Origin: Dehalococcoidales bacterium
GTDB taxonomy: Bacteria > Chloroflexota > Dehalococcoidia > Dehalococcoidales > UBA5627
Direction: 5' to 3'
Assembly: GCA_028707255.1 (NCBI GenBank)
Contig: JAQTUQ010000007.1
Span: 209-64,208, forward strand
Length of the DNA: 64,000 nucleotides
Part shown: piece by piece, positions 9,076 through 17,434 of the stretch
Layout: every line of letters starts with the position of its first letter
Position numbering within the stretch: position 1 is the first letter of the stretch
The notes under the pieces: model-generated
The model's input: the letters and a program-made list of their open reading frames with translations, nothing else
What the model was told of the DNA's origin: nothing
Database searches by the model: none
Made by a program: the position numbers and the translations under genes

Positions 9076-9114
9076 GGGCACCAGTTCAATCCCAGTCGCT
9101 GCTACTTTTTTATT
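9076..9114 (+). repeat. tRNA 3'-end copy 1 (att-like)
   Basis: GTTCAATCCCAGTCGCTGCTACTTTTTTATT differs from tRNA 7592-7622 by 1 mismatch over 31 nt. Confidence 0.85.
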
Positions 9115-9550
9115 ATTTATTAGAACGTATCAATACGACCGGGATTTTTGAATTGCGTACTACTCGTTCCGCAACACTACCAATAAACCAATGTGCCGGC
9201 CCTGTACGTCCATGAGTTGACATGGCAATTACGTCGACTTTATTTTGTTCTGCCATTTTGAGAATTACATTTGCTGCAGATCCTTCTGCCAGTATTGCTG
9301 AAACCTTAAACCCCTCAGACTTCAACTGGGATTCTATTTCAAACATATATTTTTTACCGGCGGCTTCCTCCTCTGCAATCGTTTCTGCGGCAATACCGGG
9401 ATCTGAAAAAGCGAACTCCACAGCAGGATTAGCGACGACGTTTAATATGATTATCTCTGCTCCTTCAGAATATGCCAATGCTTTGGCATGAGGTAATACC
9501 TCTTCAGCTGTTTTAGACCCGTCAAGTGGTACCAGTATTTTTTTATACAT
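9113..9550 (-). CDS. universal stress protein (UspA family)
   Basis: 145 aa. MYKKILVPLDGS...STHGRTG...GSVAERVVRNSKIPVVLIR. Confidence 0.85.
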   Translation of the reverse strand: MYKKILVPLDGSKTAEEVLPHAKALAYSEGAEIIILNVVANPAVEFAFSDPGIAAETIAEEEAAGKKYMFEIESQLKSEGFKVSAILAEGSAANVILKMAEQNKVDVIAMSTHGRTGPAHWFIGSVAERVVRNSKIPVVLIRSNK

Positions 9551-9838
9551 AGATTTTCTCCTTTATTATTCTAGTTCATAATCAAAAAATAAATTCAAAT
9601 TAAATCCTGTACTGATCTACTAGTATTATACACCTAAAACATCACTACATTTACATCTTGGCCTTTGATTTTCTTAGGACTATCATCGCACGAAAATCGA
9701 ACAAGAAGAAGAACAGTTCCAATGTCTAAGACAGGCAAGAAATCGGCGTGATATAATAGTTATAATCAATTCTTCATCTTAAGTAGCAGCAATCGCAATA
9801 AAATAACTGGAAATATATCTAAAGGAGCGGTTAAAAGT

Positions 9839-10177
9839 ATGTTCACAAAAAGAATGTTAATATGCGTTGTTACAGGTGCTCTACTTGGAATCGTCTGTAT
9901 CGTGGGTGCACAGTTAAGGTCGGGATTTGAACATGAAGCTTCTTATCTTTTTTCTTTCTGGTTCAACCGTTTACTCCTGGGAATCGTCATCGGACTGGCA
10001 GCGTTTAAGCTTAGTACAATACAGGCAGTCGGGCGTGGAGCGCTTCTGGGTTTACTGGTTTCGTTCGCTTTTTACAGCTCCACCGGTTTTCAAGATGTTA
10101 TCGGATTCATTGCGGGGATAATATACGGCGTTATCATTGAGTACGCAGCGCTGAAGCTGGATAAGAAAACTGCATAA
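9839..10177 (+). CDS. hypothetical membrane protein
   Basis: 112 aa, about 4 TM segments, RBS AAGGAG upstream. Confidence 0.6.
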   Translation: MFTKRMLICVVTGALLGIVCIVGAQLRSGFEHEASYLFSFWFNRLLLGIVIGLAAFKLSTIQAVGRGALLGLLVSFAFYSSTGFQDVIGFIAGIIYGVIIEYAALKLDKKTA

Positions 10178-10322
10178 GGAAATTGCATCATTTTTACGAA
10201 TGGATAAACGGTCTTTTTAACAATTACTTCCAATATTTTAAGGTTGATATTGCCAGTAAATATAACAGAAAAAGGAAAGGAAGCAATTTAAGTCACTGCC
10301 ACTTTTTTCGGGAGGTATACGA

Positions 10323-10532
10323 ATGGAAAATGATGTTTCGATTTCCCTCGAACTGGCAAACAGGTTGTGCCAAGCTTATACAGAACAACATAAAGTCAGA
10401 CTGTTTAGTCAATGCTGGGGTTGTTTGAAATTTTCTAAAAACAACCCAGAAAAAATGTGCTTTTATAATCCTCCAAATAATGATAGCTGCCGATTTGTCA
10501 ACAAGTTATACAAAAGCCAAAAGGGAAAATAG
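10323..10532 (+). CDS. small Cys-containing hypothetical protein
   Basis: 69 aa. RBS GGGAGG 7 nt upstream. Preferred over the overlapping ORF 10183..10428. Confidence 0.45.
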   Translation: MENDVSISLELANRLCQAYTEQHKVRLFSQCWGCLKFSKNNPEKMCFYNPPNNDSCRFVNKLYKSQKGK

Positions 10533-10540
10533 CTAAGGCT

Positions 10541-10563
10541 TAAATCCAGTCGCTGCTACTTTC
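10541..10563 (+). repeat. tRNA 3'-end copy 2 (att-like)
   Basis: TCCAGTCGCTGCTACTTT is identical to the tRNA over 18 nt. Confidence 0.8.
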
Positions 10564-10638
10564 TATCTCAAATAGACATCGACCCCATAATTTGTTGTAT
10601 AATCTTGTGTATTTATTGGAGTCCTGATAGTAAAAAAT

Positions 10639-11142
10639 ATGCGCGTTATTCTTATCTGTAGCTTAATATTTACCATTTTATTCGGAGCCTTAATGTTATC
10701 GGCTTGCAGCTCGAATGCTGTAGCTAAAGACGGGGATACCGTCCGGGTAGATTACACTTTATCCCTGGCAGATGGCACTGTATATCAGACATCGGTCGGC
10801 AATCAGCCGCTCGAGTTCGTACTCGGAGCAGGCACTATGCTGCCTGAATTCGAAGAAGCCATCGTGGGGATGAAGGCCGGAGAATCCAAAACCATTACAA
10901 TTACGGCGGCGGACGCATACGGAGAATACAGGGAAGACCTTTTAATCACAGTAAAACGAAGCCAGATACAGGGCGGAGAAAATATAGTAGTCGGAGATTA
11001 CCTTACAATGACGGACAGCAGTGGAAGAACCTCTCAGGTTAAAGTTATCGATGTTTCCGATACAAACGTAACAATAGATGCCAATAATCCACTGGCGGGT
11101 AAGAATTTAACTTTTGAAATAGATTTACTAAAGATAATTTAA
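10639..11142 (+). CDS. FKBP-type peptidyl-prolyl cis-trans isomerase, lipoprotein
   Basis: 167 aa. Lipobox LMLSAC. DGDTVRVDYTLSLADGTVYQTS...LEFVLGAGTMLPEFEEAIVGMKAGE. Confidence 0.85.
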   Translation: MRVILICSLIFTILFGALMLSACSSNAVAKDGDTVRVDYTLSLADGTVYQTSVGNQPLEFVLGAGTMLPEFEEAIVGMKAGESKTITITAADAYGEYREDLLITVKRSQIQGGENIVVGDYLTMTDSSGRTSQVKVIDVSDTNVTIDANNPLAGKNLTFEIDLLKII

Positions 11143-11169
11143 ATCCCGGTCGCCGCTACTTTGTTTTTT
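11139..11169 (+). repeat. tRNA 3'-end copy 3 (att-like, divergent)
   Basis: TCCCGGTCGCCGCTACTTT matches the tRNA at 16 of 19 positions, followed by a T-run. Overlaps the FKBP stop codon. Confidence 0.65.
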
Positions 11170-11212
11170 CTGGTCTAATCATAAATAGTTCAAATGTATG
11201 GGGAAATTATAT

Positions 11213-11584
11213 CTATCCGGCAGATACAAACAAACCGGTAATAAAAGGTATTAACCAGATAAGCCAAACGAAAACGCTAAAATGATGGAAATTTACTATA
11301 GCTTTCTCATCCTTGCGTATAATTACAGCAGTTGCCCAAATAGCATGTATAAACATCAACAAAATTGCCAGTATACCCGTTATACCGTGTACATCAAATC
11401 CGATTTGTCCGGCGAATTCAAACATGATGCCTGTTCCGGCAGTATCAAAACATAACCCGCCCCAGAAAAAAAGTAAATGCCAAACCTTTAACCTGCCGGC
11501 AAATCTTTCACTCCAGACTCCTATAGAATATAGCAATAACGCTACAAATATTAATATAGAAGCAATAATAATTTGTTCTGGCAT
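11213..11584 (-). CDS. TIGR03987/HsmA-like small membrane protein
   Basis: 123 aa. YSIGVWSERFAGRLKVWHLLFFWGGLCFDTAGT...HGITGILAILLMFIHAIWA resembles that family from memory. Confidence 0.65.
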   Translation of the reverse strand: MPEQIIIASILIFVALLLYSIGVWSERFAGRLKVWHLLFFWGGLCFDTAGTGIMFEFAGQIGFDVHGITGILAILLMFIHAIWATAVIIRKDEKAIVNFHHFSVFVWLIWLIPFITGLFVSAG

Positions 11585-11719
11585 AACTTAATCCTTTTTA
11601 TATATACTCCTCGCGACCTTATGAGTCTGGTAATTAAGTTCGGTTAATTAGATCTTCTACTCATTTAAAGATTCTTTTTGTTCCAATAATATTTCAGAAG
11701 CTTCCTGGTAAGGCAAACC

Positions 11720-12625
11720 TCACGGCTTCGTTTTGCCGGCAGTATAGCATTTCATCGAGCTTCCTTCTATAATTTTCATCTTATTCAGGGCTGAAGGACC
11801 ATATTTTAATGTGTCGTAAACCATTATAGGCATGAAAGACCAAACCGGTTTCTCCAGATTTCCCGTATAAAAGGACAGGTCATCAGCCATATTGATTTCG
11901 AAAGTTTGATACGCTTTCTTTTTCAAATAATCGGTAGAACAAAGAGGATTACACCATTCGCAGGGAGTGGTCGCAATATAGCCAGCGCAATAAAAGGGAC
12001 GCACTTCATAAATAGAGCACACCCCTTCACGCAAGAACGGGCAGTATAGTTTTTCTTTCACGATTAAAATACGATTTTCGAGCTTAATCTGCCACTTCCC
12101 GGCAAGAGATGCGCTCAATAAATAGTTACAGCGATACTGTGATTCTTTTTTACCTGATGTATTATATGCAGACACGTTTTTATATCTTGATTGTTCCCTG
12201 AGAAGATTATCAACTTCTCTTAACTTTGATATCCAGACCGGATATATATCGATGAAGTAATTAAAGAGTTCTTCATTTTGATACAGGTAATGGACGATTA
12301 ATTCAATCTCCTGTATCGTAGCCCCAACCATTAATATGCAGCAGTAATTACAGCCGCTTGCGCAAGTAATGGCGCTGGATGTGGAAGAAGCAATTTCATT
12401 TTGTTTTCTGGACAATTCTGCAAAGATTTCCTGTTTCTTTAGCATATAACCAGTACAAAGATTCTTTCTCAGAATGCCAGTCTGCCCTGTGTAGGCGATA
12501 TCCCGATTAAGTTTAAAAAGTCCAATCTCGTCACCAAGCATATTAATGGAAGATGTACTGCAACAAAATTTATACCTCTTCCCGCTACCACACGGGCAAG
12601 GACTGTTTCTTCCGATTTTTTCCAT
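11720..12625 (-). CDS. YkgJ-type cysteine-cluster (CxxCxxCC) protein with N-terminal SEC-C motif
   Basis: 301 aa. SPCPCGSGKRYKFCC, then CASGCNYCC and CPFLREGVCSIYEVRPFYC. Confidence 0.7.
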   Translation of the reverse strand: MEKIGRNSPCPCGSGKRYKFCCSTSSINMLGDEIGLFKLNRDIAYTGQTGILRKNLCTGYMLKKQEIFAELSRKQNEIASSTSSAITCASGCNYCCILMVGATIQEIELIVHYLYQNEELFNYFIDIYPVWISKLREVDNLLREQSRYKNVSAYNTSGKKESQYRCNYLLSASLAGKWQIKLENRILIVKEKLYCPFLREGVCSIYEVRPFYCAGYIATTPCEWCNPLCSTDYLKKKAYQTFEINMADDLSFYTGNLEKPVWSFMPIMVYDTLKYGPSALNKMKIIEGSSMKCYTAGKTKP

Positions 12626-12797
12626 TCAATCACCCCAGGTTATTTTACCAACATTTGTTAAGGCTTTCTACCTTGATTTAATCCAGACAACATGCTAACC
12701 GCCAGCCTAATAATTTTGTTGCCTTATTTTTAACTTCAATTGTGAATTATGCTACTATAATATATAGTTCAATATACAATTGAAGGAGGCTTGTAAT

Positions 12798-13139
12798 ATG
12801 GACAGCCGCATAAAATACCTTGAAGAAATAGAAACGCTTGTAGAGGAGTTCAAAAGCGAACAGCCGGAAGCATATGCCGCCAGAGATAACTTCAACGATA
12901 TGATATATCAGGACGGCGCACTGAGTAACAAAATAAAGCGTTTGATGGCTATGTCTATTGCCGTACGAATAGAATGTATCGGTTGTATTATTTATCAAAC
13001 CAAACTTGCGGTAGAGGCCGGTGCTACCAAAAGAGAAGTAGTCGAAGCCGCATCTGTTGCCAGTGCTATGGGTGGTACCAGTGCTTCCTCCAATTTTCCG
13101 ATTGTTGTTCAAACAATGAAAGACCTTGGTAAGTGGTAA
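12798..13139 (+). CDS. carboxymuconolactone decarboxylase (AhpD-like) family protein
   Basis: Start chosen at the ATG after RBS GAAGGAGG. ...KRLMAMSIAVRIECIGCIIYQTKLAVEAGATKREVVEA has a CxxC in the AhpD-like position. Confidence 0.8.
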   Translation: MDSRIKYLEEIETLVEEFKSEQPEAYAARDNFNDMIYQDGALSNKIKRLMAMSIAVRIECIGCIIYQTKLAVEAGATKREVVEAASVASAMGGTSASSNFPIVVQTMKDLGKW

Positions 13140-13286
13140 TCAATCGATCGGATATGGATTTCGATATTTCCAGATAAAACATGGATACCCGGTGTATATC
13201 CTTTTGCGAGATTTACAGCTTTCCAGGGAGAGTATTTAAGATAACAATAGTAAACGAGAAATGGATTAAACGATTTGTTAGCGATG

Positions 13287-13313
13287 CAAATCCAGTCGCT
13301 ACTACTTTGTTTC
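13287..13313 (+). repeat. tRNA 3'-end copy 4 (att-like)
   Basis: TCCAGTCGCTACTACTTT has 1 mismatch to the tRNA over 18 nt. Confidence 0.75.
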
Positions 13314-13338
13314 ATTCCGGTGCTATATAATTATTTGT

Positions 13339-14307
13339 ATGAAACGCAAATATAAAATAATCATAGTATTTTTCTTGGCGATTATTTTCATACTGACTGC
13401 GCTACCTTATCTAATCCCGCTCTCCGATGTCGAAAGCGAAGCATCCATTCAGTCCCTGATGAGCCCGTCGGGAAAATTATTAAATATCGAATCCTATAAT
13501 ATTTATGTCGAGGAACATGGGCCGGCTACAGGAGAGGCTATCGTACTTATACACGGGTTCGGTGGTTCAACGTTTAGCTGGCGAAATAACATCCCGTTCC
13601 TCGTCGAGAACGGATACCGCGTTATTGCGCTGGATTTGAAAGGTTTCGGCCTTTCCAGCAGAGACTTTCAATCCGATTATTCGCATAAAGCACAGGCTGC
13701 AATTGTAAATAAGGTACTGCAACAAATCGGTGCAGAGCAAGCTTATCTGATAAGCCATAGTATGGGCAGCAGCGTGATGTTTCATTTTGCTCATTTGTAC
13801 CCCGAGAAAGTACTTGGAATGATTAGCGTCGATGGTTCTATAATTATAAAGAAAAGCTCGGATTTCCCAAATGTACTGCTGAACTTTCCGCCTTTTCAAA
13901 GATCGGGAAGAGTTATTTTAACCAACTACTTGAGTAAAGACAAATTCAGGTCGATATTTGAAAGCACATATTTTAATAAGGACATATTAAGTAAGGATGT
14001 TATCGACGGTTATTATGACAGGGCAATCAGAGTTGGATGGGAACAGTCGCTTCTAGCCATGGTTAGGGATATGCCTCAAAACGCTATCGACTTTCCACTT
14101 AATACGCTGATGTTTCCGGCTCTTATTATCCGCGGAGACAACGATACATGGGTTTCTCAAAAAGATTTGGACTCATGGCGGAATGAAATACCTGATGCCG
14201 AATTTAGTTTAATAGCTAGCGCCGGGCACGTTCCGATGGAAGAACAGCCTGCTGTTTTAAATGAAATAGTTCTGGATTTTTTGCGCAGCATCGGCAATTT
14301 TAGATAA
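13339..14307 (+). CDS. alpha/beta hydrolase
   Basis: 322 aa. N-terminal TM helix, HGFGGS oxyanion motif, nucleophile elbow SHSMGS. Confidence 0.85.
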   Translation: MKRKYKIIIVFFLAIIFILTALPYLIPLSDVESEASIQSLMSPSGKLLNIESYNIYVEEHGPATGEAIVLIHGFGGSTFSWRNNIPFLVENGYRVIALDLKGFGLSSRDFQSDYSHKAQAAIVNKVLQQIGAEQAYLISHSMGSSVMFHFAHLYPEKVLGMISVDGSIIIKKSSDFPNVLLNFPPFQRSGRVILTNYLSKDKFRSIFESTYFNKDILSKDVIDGYYDRAIRVGWEQSLLAMVRDMPQNAIDFPLNTLMFPALIIRGDNDTWVSQKDLDSWRNEIPDAEFSLIASAGHVPMEEQPAVLNEIVLDFLRSIGNFR

Positions 14308-14355
14308 AGCTTCACTCATCAGTTAAATCCCTATAGCTTCTGCTTTTTATATATC

Positions 14356-14383
14356 AAAGCCCGTCTGCCAAGAGACGGGCTTT
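14356..14383. terminator. bidirectional hairpin terminator between convergent genes
   Basis: AAAGCCCGTCT-gccaag-AGACGGGCTTT, a perfect stem. Confidence 0.6.
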
Positions 14384-14412
14384 AGAGTGAATTACCATTC
14401 GATTTAACAGCA

Positions 14413-14802
14413 TTACTCAATATTAACTGTGAAAACCTTCTGGTCTATGGATTCCTTTTCCCACGGCCTCTGGTAATCCAGTTTAATAGTGGCTTCACCG
14501 TTTTGCAGCGCTTTGAAACGCAGGTACTGAGTACCGCCGGCGCCTACAACCATAGCCTGCGAATCATCGGCTTCGTAGGTATCCTCCACCAGTTCAAGCT
14601 TGGCAGTATCATATGTCGCTATCCAGGTATAACCGGTGCTGGGATTGGAAGGCAGCGCGATTTGGATTATGAACTCACCGTTGGCATCCGTTTCGATAAT
14701 CTCCGATGGATTGCTGTATGCCATAACTTCCTGTGCCCCGCATCCGGCTGCCAGACAAGCTGTCGCCAGAATTACCGCTACCACTGCTAAAACTTTTTTC
14801 AT
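14413..14802 (-). CDS. chagasin-family (I42) protease inhibitor, lipoprotein
   Basis: 129 aa. Lipobox LAAGC and the NPSTGYTW motif. Confidence 0.8.
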   Translation of the reverse strand: MKKVLAVVAVILATACLAAGCGAQEVMAYSNPSEIIETDANGEFIIQIALPSNPSTGYTWIATYDTAKLELVEDTYEADDSQAMVVGAGGTQYLRFKALQNGEATIKLDYQRPWEKESIDQKVFTVNIE

Positions 14803-15022
14803 TTTATTGTCCCTCCTTTATATTTTTTGAGCCTCGACCTTTTTCACTATATATATACGATTTGCAAAAAGAAGTATTACATCCGGACAATAAAAAAAGT
14901 TTGAATTTTTATATGGATTAAGTAAAAAATATTATCGAAAATGATTGATTATTTGCGTTATCAGGTGTAATACTAATATATCCTAATCGTATATTAATAT
15001 AGGCAGTAAAAACATAAACAGT

Positions 15023-15556
15023 ATGCGAGAGACAAGACAAGGTTCGGAGAGTTCGGTAATTTTTGCAGAACTGTATGACGAGTTCATGCCGAAGGTTTAC
15101 CGTTATATCAGTTATAAAGTGAATAATGAGCAGTTGACAGAAGATTTAACATCGACCGTATTTGAGAAAGCGCTCGATAATTTCGAGAGATACAGCAGCG
15201 ATAAAGCGGCTTTCTCCACCTGGATATTTTCGATAGCGCGCAATACGCTTATTGATTACTACAGAACCAACGCAAAGAGACAAACAGAGTCTCTGGATGA
15301 GACCTTTGATATAGTATCGGAAGATGATTCTCCAGATGAGGAGCTGGAGAAAAAAGAGGAGTGGGAATATCTCAACAGATGCCTGATAGAACTCACGGCA
15401 GAGGAACAGGAAATCATCCGTCTGAAATTTGCCGCTGAGTTTAATAACCGTCAGATTGCTAAAATACTGGGACTTTCCGAGTCCAACGTAGGAGTAAAGC
15501 TTTTCCGGTCTTTAAAAAAGCTTGGAGAAGCTTTCAAGGAGTCCTATAATGGGTAG
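15023..15556 (+). CDS. ECF RNA polymerase sigma factor
   Basis: 177 aa. Sigma-70 region 2 (YRYISYKVNN...DLTSTVFEKA) and region 4 (NRQIAKILGLSESNVGVKLFRSLKKL). Confidence 0.9.
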   Translation: MRETRQGSESSVIFAELYDEFMPKVYRYISYKVNNEQLTEDLTSTVFEKALDNFERYSSDKAAFSTWIFSIARNTLIDYYRTNAKRQTESLDETFDIVSEDDSPDEELEKKEEWEYLNRCLIELTAEEQEIIRLKFAAEFNNRQIAKILGLSESNVGVKLFRSLKKLGEAFKESYNG

Positions 15557-16409
15557 AATTGATAAAACCGAAAAAGAATTTACAAAAGACCTAGACCGCT
15601 TGCTTTCCGGTAAGAAAATCGAAGATGACAGGCAAATAAGCGAGGACTATCGTTCAAATATAGAAACTGCCGGCAGGATAATCGAGTGCCGCCGGGAACC
15701 ATCAGATTCTTATAAAAAAGATCTGAAAATTCGGTTGCTTTTAAAATTGCGTGAAAAAGAAACGGCTGCGGCAAGCACACGGAAACCGTCTTTTTGGGAT
15801 AACTTGTTAAGTAATCTTTCGCCACGGCAAACGGCTTGGAGACTGGTTCCTGCACAGGTAGCGCTTGCCGTAATCAGCTTGCTGGCAATCTGGGGAATCG
15901 AATTAGTATCGAGGCCCGAACCGGTTGTAACCTGGCCTCCCGGAGGCTATTCGATGTTGGAACTGCTGTTTTTCTCGCTCGGAATATTGAATAATCTTTT
16001 CCTGATTTTTATCTTTCTGATTAGAAAGAACAGGTTAACCTTGCTGAAAAAAATCGGCTGGATTTATTTTCTGCTGGCGCTTCCGGCAATCTACGGCATC
16101 GTACTCACCGCACAGGCCCATCAAACCATTCAATACACTATCTTCCTGGGAATATTTTTACTCTTTATGCTGGTGGAATGGCTGTATGATTATGTTTTAA
16201 AAATCGACTTCCGCGGAAACTGGAAGAAGAACTGGAAATTGCTGGTTCCCTATTTGGCGCTCTACTATGCTGTGAACTACGGGTTTATCGTAATGAACTG
16301 GAAGGTCTCAATGCTGTGGGGAATTATCATGCTTGTCCTGTTTGCAATCCAGTTAGTTACAAACCTGATTAGTCATTCCAAAAACGGCAAACAAAGCATT
16401 ATGCAATAA
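15549..16409 (+). CDS. putative anti-sigma factor / polytopic membrane protein
   Basis: ATG overlaps the sigma gene stop (ATGG). Cytoplasmic N-terminus followed by about 6 TM helices. No zf-HC2 motif seen. Confidence 0.55.
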   Translation: MGRIDKTEKEFTKDLDRLLSGKKIEDDRQISEDYRSNIETAGRIIECRREPSDSYKKDLKIRLLLKLREKETAAASTRKPSFWDNLLSNLSPRQTAWRLVPAQVALAVISLLAIWGIELVSRPEPVVTWPPGGYSMLELLFFSLGILNNLFLIFIFLIRKNRLTLLKKIGWIYFLLALPAIYGIVLTAQAHQTIQYTIFLGIFLLFMLVEWLYDYVLKIDFRGNWKKNWKLLVPYLALYYAVNYGFIVMNWKVSMLWGIIMLVLFAIQLVTNLISHSKNGKQSIMQ

Positions 16410-16501
16410 ACTCTTGCGAACTTATTGACATCTACGTTTTTAGACCTGCGCCTGTCTCCCAGGTCATCATCAAACGCAAATCGAACAGGCTATATAATGG
16501 A

Positions 16502-16624
16502 CTAGCTCCTTTTTTCTTTGTCTTTACCGACTTTAGATAACAGGAAAATCATTAAACCCAGACATGCAAGGAAAACTCCGATTCCTATCGGCGAACCCCA
16601 TCCAAATGTTAGCATTAAATCCAT
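16502..16624 (-). CDS. small membrane protein (40 aa)
   Basis: Own translation MDLMLTFGWGSPIGIGVFLACLGLMIFLLSKVGKDKEKRS. RBS GGAGGG upstream. Below the ORF-track cutoff. Confidence 0.35.
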   Translation of the reverse strand: MDLMLTFGWGSPIGIGVFLACLGLMIFLLSKVGKDKEKRS

Positions 16625-16763
16625 TTTGCCCTCCAGATTTATCTATATCCTGTTGATACCCTATTAAAATGTTACCACACCGATAAAGATAAATGGTATA
16701 TTATTTTATGAAAGCATGCGCTGCTGCTTTTTTATTATTCATGAATTACTTTGCAAGGGGTAA

Positions 16764-17096
16764 ATGATTATGGATACAAATACACTGACAGGCAAAGCAT
16801 TGGAATTAAACAGTCTGATCGCTTATCAGGAAGGCTCGGTAGTATCCAGAACCATCGTCGATAAGAAAACGGGAACTATTACGCTGTTTGCCTTCGACAA
16901 AGAGCAGGGATTGAGCGAACATACAGCTCCGTACGATGCATTCGTATATGTAGTAGAAGGAGAAGCCGAAGTTACCATATCCGGTAAAAGCTTGCCGGTC
17001 AAACAAGGCGAATTTGTCATTATGCCGGCAAACGAACCTCATTCCTTAAGGGCAACACAGCGGTTTAAAATGACACTGGTAATGATTCGTTCCTAG
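16764..17096 (+). CDS. cupin domain protein
   Basis: 110 aa. ...GLSEHTAPYDAFVYVVEGEAEVTISG...PANEPHSL. Confidence 0.8.
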   Translation: MIMDTNTLTGKALELNSLIAYQEGSVVSRTIVDKKTGTITLFAFDKEQGLSEHTAPYDAFVYVVEGEAEVTISGKSLPVKQGEFVIMPANEPHSLRATQRFKMTLVMIRS

Positions 17097-17111
17097 CTTA
17101 TAATGAAAGAC

Positions 17112-17147
17112 GGCAGTTCGACTCCGGGTGCTGCTACTTCATTATTT
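17112..17147 (+). repeat. tRNA 3'-end copy 5 (att-like, heterologous T-loop)
   Basis: GTTCGACTCCGGGTGCTGCTACTTC matches the tRNA at 18 of 25 positions. Same GCTGCTAC end, and it shares the downstream ATTATTTAT with copy 1. Confidence 0.6.
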
Positions 17148-17246
17148 ATATATCTTAATTCTTGATTTATTGCTATAAAGTACTATTGCATATTCACATC
17201 CTATCAAATATAATGGTCGTATATATCAAAATATGGGGGTGGCAAT

Positions 17247-17402
17247 ATGAAGCGGTTATTGATAGCTTTAGCGTTAGTAGCGGTACTTTTTATTTTTTCA
17301 ACTTCCACAGTGAGCGCCGGCGGCGACAAAGTCAGGGGAGATAACGGTCAGGGTAGTGTTAACCAAGTTCAAATACAGGACCCCCCTCCCTTCCAGCCAT
17401 AG
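17247..17402 (+). CDS. small secreted peptide (51 aa)
   Basis: Own translation MKRLLIALALVAVLFIFSTSTVSA|GGDKVRGDNGQGSVNQVQIQDPPPFQP. RBS GGGGGTGG upstream and a terminator follows. Confidence 0.45.
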   Translation: MKRLLIALALVAVLFIFSTSTVSAGGDKVRGDNGQGSVNQVQIQDPPPFQP

Positions 17403-17434
17403 ATAAAAATATCACATCTGTAATTGAGCACGAA

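Larger units (their letters stand above)
7614..17147 (+). mobile_element. putative tandem remnants of tRNA-integrated elements (five intervals bounded by tRNA 3'-end copies); no integrase present
   Basis: Five co-oriented partial tRNA copies, patchy base composition, accessory-type cargo. Confidence 0.45.

Noticed and set aside
9641-9710. Similarity between 9681-9703 (TCATCGCACGAAAATCGAACAAG) and 16468-16490 (TCATCAAACGCAAATCGAACAGG), both inside the tRNA-linked array
   Set aside because: Only 19 of 23 positions match. A rough estimate gives tens of such matches by chance in a 64-kb self-comparison, and the flanks do not align convincingly.
9781-9795. AAGTAGCAGC, the reverse complement of the tRNA-end core GCTGCTACTT
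   Set aside because: Only 10 nt match, the orientation is opposite to all other copies, and no flanking similarity extends the match. Too short to call an att remnant.
10183-10428. 81-aa ORF overlapping the 69-aa Cys-containing ORF
   Set aside because: It has no RBS, and the overlapping 10323..10532 ORF has a strong GGGAGG site. Only one of the two is likely to be real.
12747-13315. Minus-strand ORFs 12747..13112 and 13109..13315
   Set aside because: The first is antisense to the AhpD-like gene. The second spans att-like repeat 4 and the intergenic spacer with no translation signals.
7614-17147. Classical integron
   Set aside because: No IntI-type integrase or attI is present, the repeats are tRNA-derived rather than attC-like imperfect palindromes, and cassettes contain genes on both strands. 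Only the geometry is reminiscent.
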